From a virus: 64,000 nt of DNA. The DNA lies in the IMG/VR virus record IMGVR_UViG_3300032238_001058, positions 18,625-82,624 of that record; one strand, given 5' to 3'. Under the pieces are notes generated by a model. It was not told the DNA's origin and did no database searches. It worked only from the letters and a program-made list of their open reading frames with translations. Below, piece by piece: positions 37,049 to 46,269 of this stretch. Made by a program: the position numbers and the translations under genes. Positions within the stretch are counted from its first letter, which is position 1. Every line of letters starts with the position of its first letter.

Positions 37049-38320
37049 TTACGCAGCACTTCCCCCAACGATGCGTTTGTTTTGTTTATTGCGTGCCTTC
37101 TTTGGTTTTGGTGTCTCAACCGAGACTGCCTTATTCCCTTGGCTCAGCACGTCCTCAAAGATGCCGCCAAACTGAGACGCAACTGTGTCCCATGAGAACT
37201 GTGGGTCTGTAGCACGTTCTTTACATTTGCTGCCAACATGGTTGTGATAGACCTTGTCTTCGTACAGCTCATTCAACAGTTCAGTAAGGTGCTCTGAGGA
37301 TGGGCATGGCATTTCCCTTCCGTAGTTGGTATCCACATCAACGTGGTCACAACGAATCAACGATCCATACCCTTCAAAAATCTCTTTACACGACGTATGG
37401 TCTGGCACCACTTGTGGCACACCACATGCAGCGTGTTCAAAGTTGACTAGACCCCAGCCCTCACCTTTACAGGTATTGACGCCAACGTCAACAGCGTTGT
37501 AGATCGTATTGAGCATCTCAACTGAGACGTTTGGAGGTCCTTCCGTTTGCGTGGTCATGATGATGCGGTTGTTAGGGTTGAGGCCAACACGTTGCATCTC
37601 ACGTCCAAAGATCTGCATTACTTCCCAACCCTGGTCTTTGAGGCCCATGTGCAGGTACAGTTTTGCTTCTGGTTTATCTATGGCAAACTTTGCAAATCCC
37701 TGGATAGTAATGTCAATTCGTTTACGGAATTGATTCCTATTTCCGTTAAACACAATAAAATCATCAGGCGACAGCCCAAGAGCTTTACGACACTCAACTT
37801 TGTCTTTGGGATAGAACTGCCCTGGTGTTACACCATGAGGAATTACAGTAATTGGCTTAGTAATACCTCCTTTAATAAATTCGTATGCGCCAAATTCTGT
37901 GTAAGAAATTACAGCATCCCAATCATTAGCTGTATCTGCTAAACACCCTGTCCAACCATACGAATCCATTGGCGCATATCCAACAAATTTAAAGCTGCCA
38001 GCCTGATGCAGATCTTTAATTTGGCTGTACTGCTCATTAATGATCCACATATCGTTAATTGTGAATACAATGTCAGGCCGTTCACGCTCAACAATTTCAC
38101 GAATCCGTTGCTCACCAAACGGCGCAGTTTGAAAACGATTCGACGAAGGATACATTTTGTATTCCTTTTGTTGCTCACAGGGATCTCCCCACCAGTTGTG
38201 ACCTAACACAACAATGTCAAAGGTATCTTTTAAATGTTTCAACACGTTTTCCGTGACACGCGCAAAACCTGTCATGGCAACAATGTCACCACACCACAGT
38301 AATTTAGGTTTGTTTTCCAA
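37049..38320 (-). CDS. GT-B glycosyltransferase (GT4-like)
   Basis: TGFARV, IPHGV, RNQFRKR, EGWGLVNFEHAACGVP. Confidence 0.9.
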   Translation of the reverse strand: MENKPKLLWCGDIVAMTGFARVTENVLKHLKDTFDIVVLGHNWWGDPCEQQKEYKMYPSSNRFQTAPFGEQRIREIVERERPDIVFTINDMWIINEQYSQIKDLHQAGSFKFVGYAPMDSYGWTGCLADTANDWDAVISYTEFGAYEFIKGGITKPITVIPHGVTPGQFYPKDKVECRKALGLSPDDFIVFNGNRNQFRKRIDITIQGFAKFAIDKPEAKLYLHMGLKDQGWEVMQIFGREMQRVGLNPNNRIIMTTQTEGPPNVSVEMLNTIYNAVDVGVNTCKGEGWGLVNFEHAACGVPQVVPDHTSCKEIFEGYGSLIRCDHVDVDTNYGREMPCPSSEHLTELLNELYEDKVYHNHVGSKCKERATDPQFSWDTVASQFGGIFEDVLSQGNKAVSVETPKPKKARNKQNKRIVGGSAA

Positions 38321-38385
38321 GGTAGTTAGTAATGCCTTGGCTCACTATACCAAAAAATTAAAGGAACGTAGACTAGAAAAAAAGA

Positions 38386-39285
38386 TTGATCATGAACGGG
38401 CAAGCGCTTGCTGGTAAGTTTATGCAGCTTCAACAAAATGAATTGTTTAACGAATTTCAGGAAGGCCTGATGACGGGTGTCCCGGCAGGCTTGAGTCTTC
38501 TTGGTACAGATAATAGTTTGCCTCAGGTTGCTCTTCAGACTGTTGGTGCTGTTGCCGGCGGCTTTGGCATTGGCATGTTAGGTAAATCTATCGGAGCAGC
38601 AATTGGAAAACGTCTTCATCCACAAGCTTTAAAAAACCAACAAGGACTTGGCGCAAGTTTTGGTAGGGTTGCCGGCCAACAAACACTTGCTCAAGGCGGT
38701 GCAGAAACATTGCGTTTTGCAAAAGGTCAAATCAAACAAGAGCTAAAACAACAAACTTCTTCTCAACTTCTCAATGAAGCATTGCAAAACCCACAGGCAT
38801 TTGCAACTAAATATGGAGTTGACCCAGAAACATTTAAAAAATACCATACAGTTGTTGGTGCAACGGGACAAGCACGTGCTGGCCTAGAGACGCTTGAAAA
38901 CATGTCGCCTGAACAACGCAAGCAAATGGGTGCTGCAGCACAAAAGTTAATGGATCAAGGCTTTAATCAAGTTGAAAATTTAATTAACGTACAAGCTGCT
39001 GCTTCCATGGACAATAACATTGCAAAAATGGCAATGCTTCAAAAAGGAACAGTAGTACCGGGCACTGACTTAGACCTTGGCCAAGCATTTGAATCATTGC
39101 TTAAAGAACCCAAAGCCATTACTGGAGAGCACGTTGGCCGTGCAGTAGGACGTTTTATTGGTGATGAAGTTGGGGTTGTAACAGGTATTGGGCTTACGGG
39201 TGCGTTAGCTGGAGCCCTTGGAATGAAGACAGAAAAAGACAAAAAGATTGAAGAGTTACAACAACAAGTTGGGCGGCGTTACTGA
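38386..39285 (+). CDS. Hypothetical Gly/Ala/Gln-rich protein, virion-like
   Basis: 299 aa with two hydrophobic Gly-zipper segments; opposite strand to neighbours. Confidence 0.6.
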   Translation: MIMNGQALAGKFMQLQQNELFNEFQEGLMTGVPAGLSLLGTDNSLPQVALQTVGAVAGGFGIGMLGKSIGAAIGKRLHPQALKNQQGLGASFGRVAGQQTLAQGGAETLRFAKGQIKQELKQQTSSQLLNEALQNPQAFATKYGVDPETFKKYHTVVGATGQARAGLETLENMSPEQRKQMGAAAQKLMDQGFNQVENLINVQAAASMDNNIAKMAMLQKGTVVPGTDLDLGQAFESLLKEPKAITGEHVGRAVGRFIGDEVGVVTGIGLTGALAGALGMKTEKDKKIEELQQQVGRRY

Positions 39286-39618
39286 TCGAGTTAACTCTTT
39301 TTCTTCCGCAGTTTTTGCTTTGAGTTTTGTTTTTAAAAACTCAGCTGCTCGATGTGTTTGTGTTGTATCGCCACACGTATACAAGTCGATTGCTGCATAC
39401 CCAATCTCTGGCCAGGTATGGATTGATGCATGGGACTCAGCCAATAAAGCAAGTAGTGTCACACCTTGTGGTTTAAACTTCTCACCAATGATGCGAAGAA
39501 TATTTGCCTTTGCCATAACAAGAGAAGCCTCAAGCAAACGTTGAAGCTCCTCATAGTCATTCAAGACCTTTGGATCACAGTCATATAGATCCAGGATTAA
39601 ATGGCGTCCGTTACTCAC
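39256..39618 (-). CDS. speD: S-adenosylmethionine decarboxylase proenzyme
   Basis: GRHLILDLYDC, F.PQGVT, LAESHASIHTWPE, DLYTCG. Confidence 0.93.
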   Translation of the reverse strand: MSNGRHLILDLYDCDPKVLNDYEELQRLLEASLVMAKANILRIIGEKFKPQGVTLLALLAESHASIHTWPEIGYAAIDLYTCGDTTQTHRAAEFLKTKLKAKTAEEKELTRSVTPPNLLL

Positions 39619-42254
39619 ATCTCGGCAGGCATATCCTCTATCTTCGCATCATTAGCTTTGATTTTTACTGCACCATAGAAAGCTCGGTACTCATCTGGGT
39701 TTGCAGCCAACTCAACAATCGAAGGATAATCTTCATATTTGCCGTTGCTGTCCCTAATTCCTATGTTATTGACACGAAGACCTGCCGTATTCTTCATGGT
39801 GTAGGCATTTAGTTTTAACTGGTGTTGAATGATGTCCATCAACAGCACTTCAAAACGAGCACGTGAAATAATACCTACATTACAGCTACGACAGAACTCT
39901 GCATAACTTGGATACAACCATGTCCCCCAATTGATATAAACACCGGACCCACCACCTGCTGCAACCTTACAGTATCCAACAGGAGTTGAAGCATTTGGCT
40001 CAAACACAATCTTGTTATCAAGCCAATCAAGCATGGGGTTAGAACGTAGAGACTGTGCTTTCTCATACTTTTGAAAGAACGGTACATGTGTACTGGTTTC
40101 CATCAGAAGGGAACGCATGTCATCTTCACTCATATCCAGGACCCAATTAACAAGCCCTGGTAGCAATGGCGCAAACACACCCTGCGGATTCCCCTTGGCA
40201 TCAAATTTAATTAGTTCTTTTTGCTCTGCTTGTCCACCTTCAAATGGACGATCGAACGGAATGGTGAGACGGCGACGAGCAAGGCCAGAAGTATAGTCAG
40301 TTGATTGGATGGCTTCATTGGCAGTAATAATGACAACACCGTGGTACTGGAAGGGATCCATTGCATCTCCCTGATATTTGCGCTCGGCACGAATCCAGTC
40401 ACATCCTGTGATTGCTTTTAGTTTTGATACAGAGCCACCCCAACGGTCTGCATCCTGGAACAGCAACAGCTTTTTATTAAAACAGTACGCAGCTTCAAAC
40501 CTATTTTTTTCTAGGTTCTCCATATCAGTGGAGTAGCAATTTGCTTTACCAACCAATGCAACAGCAAGGTTTGCATACGTGGACTTACCTGATTTTCCTG
40601 GGCCTACAATCTCAAGAAACTTTTGGATTTCATAACGACCCAAGAGTGTTGCCCTTAGCCATGCCCGCAGCACTTGCGTACGATTCCAACTGTCATGTTG
40701 GGTATGCTTCAGCCATTGGACAATGGCTTCACAAGTAGCAGACGGATCATACTCATATGGCATTTGCTGAGTCATGTACATATTCCGTTTAAACGGAAGT
40801 AGTTCACGCGTTTCAACATTTAAAATGCCATTTGTAAATAACAAGTAGTCAGTGCCGTCATACCATTCACTAAATGCCAAGGCCGCTTGAAGTTGAATAA
40901 AAACGTCATTCATCATGTTTGACGTAAAACCCTTTGGAAGAAACTTGCCAAGCATTGTGAGGTCTTGACGAATCTTACCCAGTGCTTCGATTTTTGTTAG
41001 GGGCGTCCAGACATGACAACGTGTGTCATAAATAAAGAATTGATTATGCGGCAAGCTGTACAACACGCCACCTTTGTATTTACCTAGAAGTACATCAACA
41101 ATTTCAGAAGTAGACGGATTCCTTTTCCCATCTTTATCAGTGTTAACATCCTCACCCATGGCAATAGCATCTTCGAGTGAGTTTGCAATATGCCCAATGG
41201 TGGACATAGCTTGTTCTTCTTTTTCTTTTGGAATTGTTACAACCATCCCATCAGCGTCTTCAATGGCCTTCAGTGCTGCAGCCGCAGCCTCAAGCGTCTC
41301 ATCATCTACACTCTCTGCCCGGTAGTCCTGGGGCACCACAAAGCCGTGCTCCTGGGCAGTCTGGATGAGCGTACCAATACCACGACCACCGCCCTTGCTA
41401 AAGGAAAGCCACCGTTTGTGGCATTCACCTTCCCGATACTTATTCGACTGTTGTGACCAGTTATCCCAGTCATCTAGCAGGGATTCGTCTAAACTGTGGA
41501 GTGACTGACCGATCATGATCCAGATGTCATAATCGTCTGCAGCTTCCGAAGGCAAAGCCCACATTGCCTTGACGGCTAGCTTCATGTCACGGTCAACAGT
41601 GATCACACTGTGAACAACGCTGCTTGGCATTACGACACGACTGATCTCAGTCGAGGGGATTCCCTGCTTGACATTCTTGTTAATGATGGCTGTCAACAAC
41701 CATTCCGGAAATTCAGGCAATTGCTGGGACCACTCAAACCCACAGTTTTCACCGGTAAAATACCCATCAGTTTCAGGGTGCAAACCCATTAACACACCTT
41801 GGTGTTTTTTCCACAGGATTTCAAGTTTTTCTTTGTCTTCTTCTGCATGCCACGTATATTTGTTACGCGCAAAATGCTTGTGTTTTTCTCGGTCTAACCG
41901 ATATAGTTTCCGTTCACGTCCAATTTTGCCACTAAAAATTGTTAAGGTTGGTGGCAGTGCGTCTTGTAAGGGTAATCCGGAGATGTCTTCGAGTAACTTG
42001 TAGACACTCGGGCCATCAACATCCACCCACACCAAACCATAAGGATGGTTGTAAACAGGCCCACCCAGTAGCCCGATGGCTTTACAGTTTCCTGTAATGA
42101 TTTCTTCTTCAATTTCTCGTACACTAAAAGGTTTGTTTTGCCAACCCGCAACATAAGGATCTTTGTTCCCACCTAATGGGGTTAAGGGCCAATCAATGGG
42201 GATGTAGTCAAGACGAATTTCACCGGGCTTGAGGAGTTGTTGGTTTGCGTTCAT
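39615..42254 (-). CDS. Primase-helicase (Prim-Pol + PriCT-2 + D5/SF3 helicase)
   Basis: WVDVDG; DYDIWIMIG.SL...W..WS; FTNGIL; Walker A GPGKSGKST; LKAITG.D...AERKY; RRR. Confidence 0.9.
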   Translation of the reverse strand: MNANQQLLKPGEIRLDYIPIDWPLTPLGGNKDPYVAGWQNKPFSVREIEEEIITGNCKAIGLLGGPVYNHPYGLVWVDVDGPSVYKLLEDISGLPLQDALPPTLTIFSGKIGRERKLYRLDREKHKHFARNKYTWHAEEDKEKLEILWKKHQGVLMGLHPETDGYFTGENCGFEWSQQLPEFPEWLLTAIINKNVKQGIPSTEISRVVMPSSVVHSVITVDRDMKLAVKAMWALPSEAADDYDIWIMIGQSLHSLDESLLDDWDNWSQQSNKYREGECHKRWLSFSKGGGRGIGTLIQTAQEHGFVVPQDYRAESVDDETLEAAAAALKAIEDADGMVVTIPKEKEEQAMSTIGHIANSLEDAIAMGEDVNTDKDGKRNPSTSEIVDVLLGKYKGGVLYSLPHNQFFIYDTRCHVWTPLTKIEALGKIRQDLTMLGKFLPKGFTSNMMNDVFIQLQAALAFSEWYDGTDYLLFTNGILNVETRELLPFKRNMYMTQQMPYEYDPSATCEAIVQWLKHTQHDSWNRTQVLRAWLRATLLGRYEIQKFLEIVGPGKSGKSTYANLAVALVGKANCYSTDMENLEKNRFEAAYCFNKKLLLFQDADRWGGSVSKLKAITGCDWIRAERKYQGDAMDPFQYHGVVIITANEAIQSTDYTSGLARRRLTIPFDRPFEGGQAEQKELIKFDAKGNPQGVFAPLLPGLVNWVLDMSEDDMRSLLMETSTHVPFFQKYEKAQSLRSNPMLDWLDNKIVFEPNASTPVGYCKVAAGGGSGVYINWGTWLYPSYAEFCRSCNVGIISRARFEVLLMDIIQHQLKLNAYTMKNTAGLRVNNIGIRDSNGKYEDYPSIVELAANPDEYRAFYGAVKIKANDAKIEDMPAEM

Positions 42255-42439
42255 TGTGCTTCCTTGTTGTTTTGTAGTTCTACTTTAAAGTCTCGCTCGG
42301 CAAACATCCCTTCTTTCAAAATGGTAAATGCATGGAGGTGCATGTATGTAGGCAAGAGAAAACAATCTCCATCCATCGCAGTTGTCATGCGATTTTGGAG
42401 CGTGCTCATCCACTCGCCTACGGAAACCGGGATTTCCAT
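42251..42439 (-). CDS. Small hypothetical protein
   Basis: Coupled to primase start. Confidence 0.55.
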   Translation of the reverse strand: MEIPVSVGEWMSTLQNRMTTAMDGDCFLLPTYMHLHAFTILKEGMFAERDFKVELQNNKEAQ

Positions 42440-42513
42440 AGGAGGCTTGACTTGTGTGTCTTCTTATCCTACGGCTGGCAATCCAGCCTCACCTTCAAAT
42501 CGACATAAAATTA

Positions 42514-42693
42514 CTAAGTCTTATGGGACTCATCCAAAGTAGTAGGTTTGTTCTTATCTTCTTCATCCCATTCCTGCATTATTTGATTGTAGACATCTAC
42601 AGGATCTCTTCTGCTTTCAATGCAAGATGAAGTTGCGACAGACCAAGCAATGCGCTTGCGTCGTTCCATTGGGTCATCGATATTCCAGGGCAT
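42514..42693 (-). CDS. Small hypothetical protein (59 aa, not in ORF track)
   Basis: MPWNIDDPMERRKRIAWSVATS...; fills the gap after the nuclease. Confidence 0.55.
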   Translation of the reverse strand: MPWNIDDPMERRKRIAWSVATSSCIESRRDPVDVYNQIMQEWDEEDKNKPTTLDESHKT

Positions 42694-42696
42694 AAT

Positions 42697-43551
42697 TCAA
42701 ATCAAATCAGGATCATACACATTGCAGCGTTCAATCTGACTGTAGTATTCTTCTACTACTTTCAACCAGTCACCCCTCAAAGAATCTAAAAACTTCCTGG
42801 AAATCTTAAAAACTTGAGTGCGAACAGGCGTTGACACCAGAATGGCTGCCTGCTGGACCCGCATACCAAGAGTCTGTTCAATCCCAAGGTCGTATGCAGC
42901 TAGTTGTTTGCAGGTTTTTTTAAATTTCATGTGCCCACCAAGGAGATCTCTCCATTCAGGCGATCCCTTCTCCAAGTCCTTGGGCCATTTCCTGCTATAA
43001 GGTTTGACACTGGTCTTTAAATCAGCCAGTGTCAGCTTGTTATTCACCACACCAATGATGTCAGGTGAGCCAACCCAAGCCCTGCCTTCCTCATCATGGG
43101 CCCACACCCTACCAATTCCATCATCTGATAAAGTGAATTGATGTTTGTCCAGTAGAGGAGTTTCTGCCCACAACACCTCGTCAAACTGATCAAGAATCCC
43201 TGGCATACCAGCCCAAAAGTCCTGGTACTCTTCAGCAATCTCAGGGTTTTTATCCCCTTTTAGGTAACACTCCATGCCATAGTGGATAGCTGTACCACGT
43301 TCAGCAGCAGCTTCTTTAACACCTGGATTGTTTTTACTCCACATCTCCAGCTTCCGTTTGTTTGCTTCGGAGGCTGTTTCTGAAATTATGGTTGTGACCG
43401 ATGGCGCCGGCCCAGTTACAAACGGGGTATGGTAATGTCGCTTTCCGTTAATTGTAATACGGGCGGGGCGGCTGTTCAGCTCCCGCATCAACTCTGGTTG
43501 CTCTTGATATTTCAGCGACCATGGATCGCCTGCTTCAATTTTAGCAACCAT
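42697..43551 (-). CDS. PD-(D/E)XK exonuclease (Cas4/RecB-like phage family)
   Basis: PSVTTII, RGTAIH, GSPD...LADLKTS, QLAAY. Confidence 0.85.
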   Translation of the reverse strand: MVAKIEAGDPWSLKYQEQPELMRELNSRPARITINGKRHYHTPFVTGPAPSVTTIISETASEANKRKLEMWSKNNPGVKEAAAERGTAIHYGMECYLKGDKNPEIAEEYQDFWAGMPGILDQFDEVLWAETPLLDKHQFTLSDDGIGRVWAHDEEGRAWVGSPDIIGVVNNKLTLADLKTSVKPYSRKWPKDLEKGSPEWRDLLGGHMKFKKTCKQLAAYDLGIEQTLGMRVQQAAILVSTPVRTQVFKISRKFLDSLRGDWLKVVEEYYSQIERCNVYDPDLI

Positions 43552-43602
43552 TGACGGTTTTGTATATTACGATTATCTTAACGCATGTGTCAACAAGCTT
43601 GT

Positions 43603-43707
43603 ATGGACGGTTTCAATTACGCCATTGCTTCCATCCTTGGGGCAATGCTAGTGGTCGTTAGCATGGATGCCTACTTGTTTTTCATGGAAGTTTTGTCGCG
43701 CAAGTGA
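43603..43707 (+). CDS. 34-aa transmembrane peptide (not in ORF track)
   Basis: MDGFNYAIASILGAMLVVVSMDAYLFFMEVLSRK; GTGA-coupled to hli. Confidence 0.5.
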   Translation: MDGFNYAIASILGAMLVVVSMDAYLFFMEVLSRK

Positions 43708-43919
43708 ACAACTTTCTTATCAAGGCCCACGGTTTGGTTGAGTGCATGACTACAATGCTGCCTGAATTAAAAAGTTGGGAACGCCACAAAAATCTGGATG
43801 ATCACCTCTGGTATGCCGAACGCGTAAACGGACGCATTGCCATGCTTACCCTCACTACCCTTTTAATCTTGGAAGCTATCACCCATCAAAACGTTTGGGA
43901 GTTAATCCATGTCTTCTAA
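43704..43919 (+). CDS. hli: High-light-inducible protein (HLIP)
   Basis: AERVNGRIAML + TM helix + E.ITHQ. Confidence 0.85.
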   Translation: MNNFLIKAHGLVECMTTMLPELKSWERHKNLDDHLWYAERVNGRIAMLTLTTLLILEAITHQNVWELIHVF

Positions 43920-44070
43920 CTTGACACGTTTTTATTACGATGTAGATGAAGACTTACGCACTGGTTGTTTTCAAGGAAAAATATTTGAAGATGTTGAAAC
44001 AATTGAAGCAGATGCGTTTGAGCAACAGCTAGTATCTAAAGATATTCCCTACACCAGAGTAGATATTTAA
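43909..44070 (+). CDS. Small acidic protein (53 aa, not in ORF track)
   Basis: MSSNLTRFYYDVDEDLRTGCF...; links hli and the methyltransferase. Confidence 0.55.
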   Translation: MSSNLTRFYYDVDEDLRTGCFQGKIFEDVETIEADAFEQQLVSKDIPYTRVDI

Positions 44071-44072
44071 CC

Positions 44073-44648
44073 ATGGCCGACTGGAAAAAATATTTTGACC
44101 CAATCAAGGTTCGTCTTGGAGCAAGGCAAACAGGTTTTGAAACAATCTTTAACTACCTTGATGACTTCAAAAATCCTGTAATTATTGAAACTGGTACGTA
44201 CCGAGAGGAAAACAATTACACGGGTGATGGTTGCTCCACTTTACTTTTTGACAACTATGTTGATACTCATGGAGGCCAGTTGATCTCTATTGATATTGAC
44301 CCCAATGCTTGTAGCCTGGCAAAGGACAGCACTAAACATGCCGAAGTAATTGAATGCGATTCGGTTGAGTATCTGAGCACACTCACTGGTTACTGCAACT
44401 TATTGTACTTAGATTCTTACAACATTACAGATTGGAATAATGATTGGGCTCCTGCCGCCCACCACTTAAAAGAATTGTTTGCAGCCAAAGATATTATTGG
44501 TCCCAATACTTTGATTGTTATTGATGACAACATTAAGACGCCAGATGGTCGCCGCCTTGGCAAAGGACGGTTAGTATATGAACTAATGGAATCACTTGGC
44601 ATTGAACCCTGGTTTGATTATTATCAGATTGGTTGGGTTTGGTGTTAG
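44073..44648 (+). CDS. Class I SAM-dependent methyltransferase (Methyltransf_24-like)
   Basis: IIETGT, SIDID, DSVEYL, LLYLDS, IVIDD. Confidence 0.8.
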   Translation: MADWKKYFDPIKVRLGARQTGFETIFNYLDDFKNPVIIETGTYREENNYTGDGCSTLLFDNYVDTHGGQLISIDIDPNACSLAKDSTKHAEVIECDSVEYLSTLTGYCNLLYLDSYNITDWNNDWAPAAHHLKELFAAKDIIGPNTLIVIDDNIKTPDGRRLGKGRLVYELMESLGIEPWFDYYQIGWVWC

Positions 44649-44745
44649 TATCCACACTTTCTTTGTAGCTTTAGTTGCTACATAATTAGTACATGCCCGG
44701 TTGTCAGCCATGTACATTGCACTAAGAACACCAAAGGAATCTGAA

Positions 44746-44952
44746 ATGGCTATTTCTAACCAAGTCAAAGAATCTATTGAGCAAGCTGCCAGTCATTTGA
44801 GGGAAGCCTTGGCATTTGCATCCCGCACTGAGCATCCAATTACAATCAATACACTATCTGATTTGTTAATCCGTTTAGATTCAATTGAGCAGATGGATCA
44901 GATCATGCAAAAAATGGGGAACAAAAGTGAAAACTTACCGCACACCTTCTGA
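44746..44952 (+). CDS. Small helical hypothetical protein
   Basis: AAGGA RBS before ATG 44746. Confidence 0.6.
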   Translation: MAISNQVKESIEQAASHLREALAFASRTEHPITINTLSDLLIRLDSIEQMDQIMQKMGNKSENLPHTF

Positions 44953-45079
44953 GGCTGAACGCCTTGAAAAATACTTTGTTGATCTTGAGGGGAAGATTCC
45001 ACTTCCCCCTAAGGATTGGGCGCGATCTTGCAAAGAATGTAGGTGGCTTAAACTGTTAACAGAAAAGAATAACAGTTGA

Positions 45080-45367
45080 GTGGCTCAAGACGATAGTAAA
45101 TACTCAAAACCCGAATTGCGTGAACGTATTAAAGATCGCGTAATGGATGGTTCTAAGGGTGGGAAGCCTGGGCAGTGGTCAGCCCGTAAGGCTCAGATTG
45201 TTGCGCAGGAATACAAAGAAGCAGGCGGTGGATACAAAGGAGGTAAAGGTGAAAACCAAAAGTCACTAGAGAAGTGGGGTGAGGAAAAGTGGCAAACCAA
45301 AGACGAATACGAAAAACGTTCTAAGGCTAAAACTGCGGCCAAGAGGCATAAAGATGGCAGCCGATAA
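45080..45367 (+). CDS. Basic protein, N-terminal half of DUF5872-like family
   Basis: KPELRERIK...GGKPGQWSARKAQ...YKEAGGGY. Confidence 0.75.
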   Translation: MAQDDSKYSKPELRERIKDRVMDGSKGGKPGQWSARKAQIVAQEYKEAGGGYKGGKGENQKSLEKWGEEKWQTKDEYEKRSKAKTAAKRHKDGSR

Positions 45368-45563
45368 AGCAATCCAACCTGGTTACACCAAGCGTTACTT
45401 GCCAGAAAAAACATGGGCTTCTTTATCTAAGGAGGAAAGAGAAGATACTGACCAAAAGAAACGTGCTGGCAGTAGGGAAGGAAAACAGTTTGTACCCAAT
45501 ACAGAAACAGCTAAGAAAGCTGGTAAAGCAGCACGTGCAGCCAAACGTCATAAAGATAAATAA
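45354..45563 (+). CDS. Basic protein, C-terminal half of DUF5872-like family
   Basis: KRYLPEK.W..LS.EE...T..KK..GS.EGKQFVPNT. Confidence 0.7.
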   Translation: MAADKAIQPGYTKRYLPEKTWASLSKEEREDTDQKKRAGSREGKQFVPNTETAKKAGKAARAAKRHKDK

Positions 45564-45596
45564 CTCGCGTATACTTAAGAAAGATTCCTAATTCCT

Positions 45597-45767
45597 ATGG
45601 AAAAGAAAAAGCCTGTTCCTCCCAACAAAGCTGTGCCGCCTGCTAAAGGTAAAGCTGCTCCCCCTGTTAAAGGCAAAGGTGGTGCATCTGACAAACAAGC
45701 TGAAGCACGTGACAAATTCAAAGAAATGATTGCGAAAAAGAAAGAGGCTGCTGCCAAAAAGAAATAA
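45597..45767 (+). CDS. 56-aa Lys/Pro/Ala-rich protein (not in ORF track)
   Basis: MEKKKPVPPNKAVPPAKGK...; TATACT box upstream. Confidence 0.6.
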   Translation: MEKKKPVPPNKAVPPAKGKAAPPVKGKGGASDKQAEARDKFKEMIAKKKEAAAKKK

Positions 45768-45840
45768 GTATTACAGTATACTTTTATTGCTCAATACCCA
45801 CGCCTCGTCCCGTGGGCATTGGCGGTAAGTAATCTGTCCT

Positions 45841-45869
45841 AATCCTGGTCTGAGCAACCAGGATTTTTT
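45841..45869 (+). terminator. Intrinsic terminator
   Basis: AATCCTGGT...ACCAGGATT followed by T run. Confidence 0.8.
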
Positions 45870-45884
45870 GTGTATAATAAAATT

Positions 45885-46064
45885 GATAGAGGTCAGGTCC
45901 CTGCTTGCACACCTGATCCATCATCGAAGTCCTGGGTTTCCAGGCCGGAGGTTTAATTACCTTTGCCAGATTGATTCCCTGGTGCGCCCTCGACCCATTT
46001 GGCAAGCGCGACGAATTAACAACACCTTCTATGCCTCTCAACGATGCACAAACCTGGGGGTCAC
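45885..46064 (+). ncRNA. Candidate structured non-coding RNA with pseudoknot
   Basis: TATAAT at 45873-45878; five helices including a 9-bp pseudoknot. Confidence 0.55.
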
Positions 46065-46065
46065 T

Positions 46066-46136
46066 CAACCGGTAGTCCAGTGGCAGGACACTCCAACAAG
46101 GAAGTTAGATAGTTGGTTCGATTCCAGCACGGTTGA
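46066..46136 (+). tRNA. tRNA-like element with non-canonical anticodon arm
   Basis: Acceptor CAACCG/CGGTTG, D-arm GTCC/GGAC, T-arm GTTGG-TTCGATT-CCAGC; no 7-nt anticodon loop. Confidence 0.6.
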
Positions 46137-46138
46137 TT

Positions 46139-46214
46139 CACCTGGTCCGAGACAATTGGATAGTACGGTTACTGCCGTTGCAGAACGATGTAGGTTCGAC
46201 TCCTACCCAGGTGC
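46139..46214 (+). tRNA. tRNA-like element with non-canonical D and anticodon arms
   Basis: Perfect acceptor CACCTGG/CCAGGTG and T-arm GTAGG-TTCGACT-CCTAC. Confidence 0.6.
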
Positions 46215-46269
46215 TTAAACAAATACAAACTACAACGCAATCGTAGTTATACTGTTTTAAGCAATATGT

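Noticed and set aside
36726-37195. Short ORFs across the palindrome
   Set aside because: Fall within the inverted-repeat and terminator region; no coding signals.
42697-43551. Cas4-like nuclease as a CRISPR component
   Set aside because: Stand-alone phage PD-(D/E)XK exonuclease without the Fe-S Cys set; no array nearby.
45885-46214. tmRNA or RNase P RNA identity
   Set aside because: No GGGGC/Ala acceptor with G3-U70, no tag ORF, and RNase P conserved-region sequences are absent.
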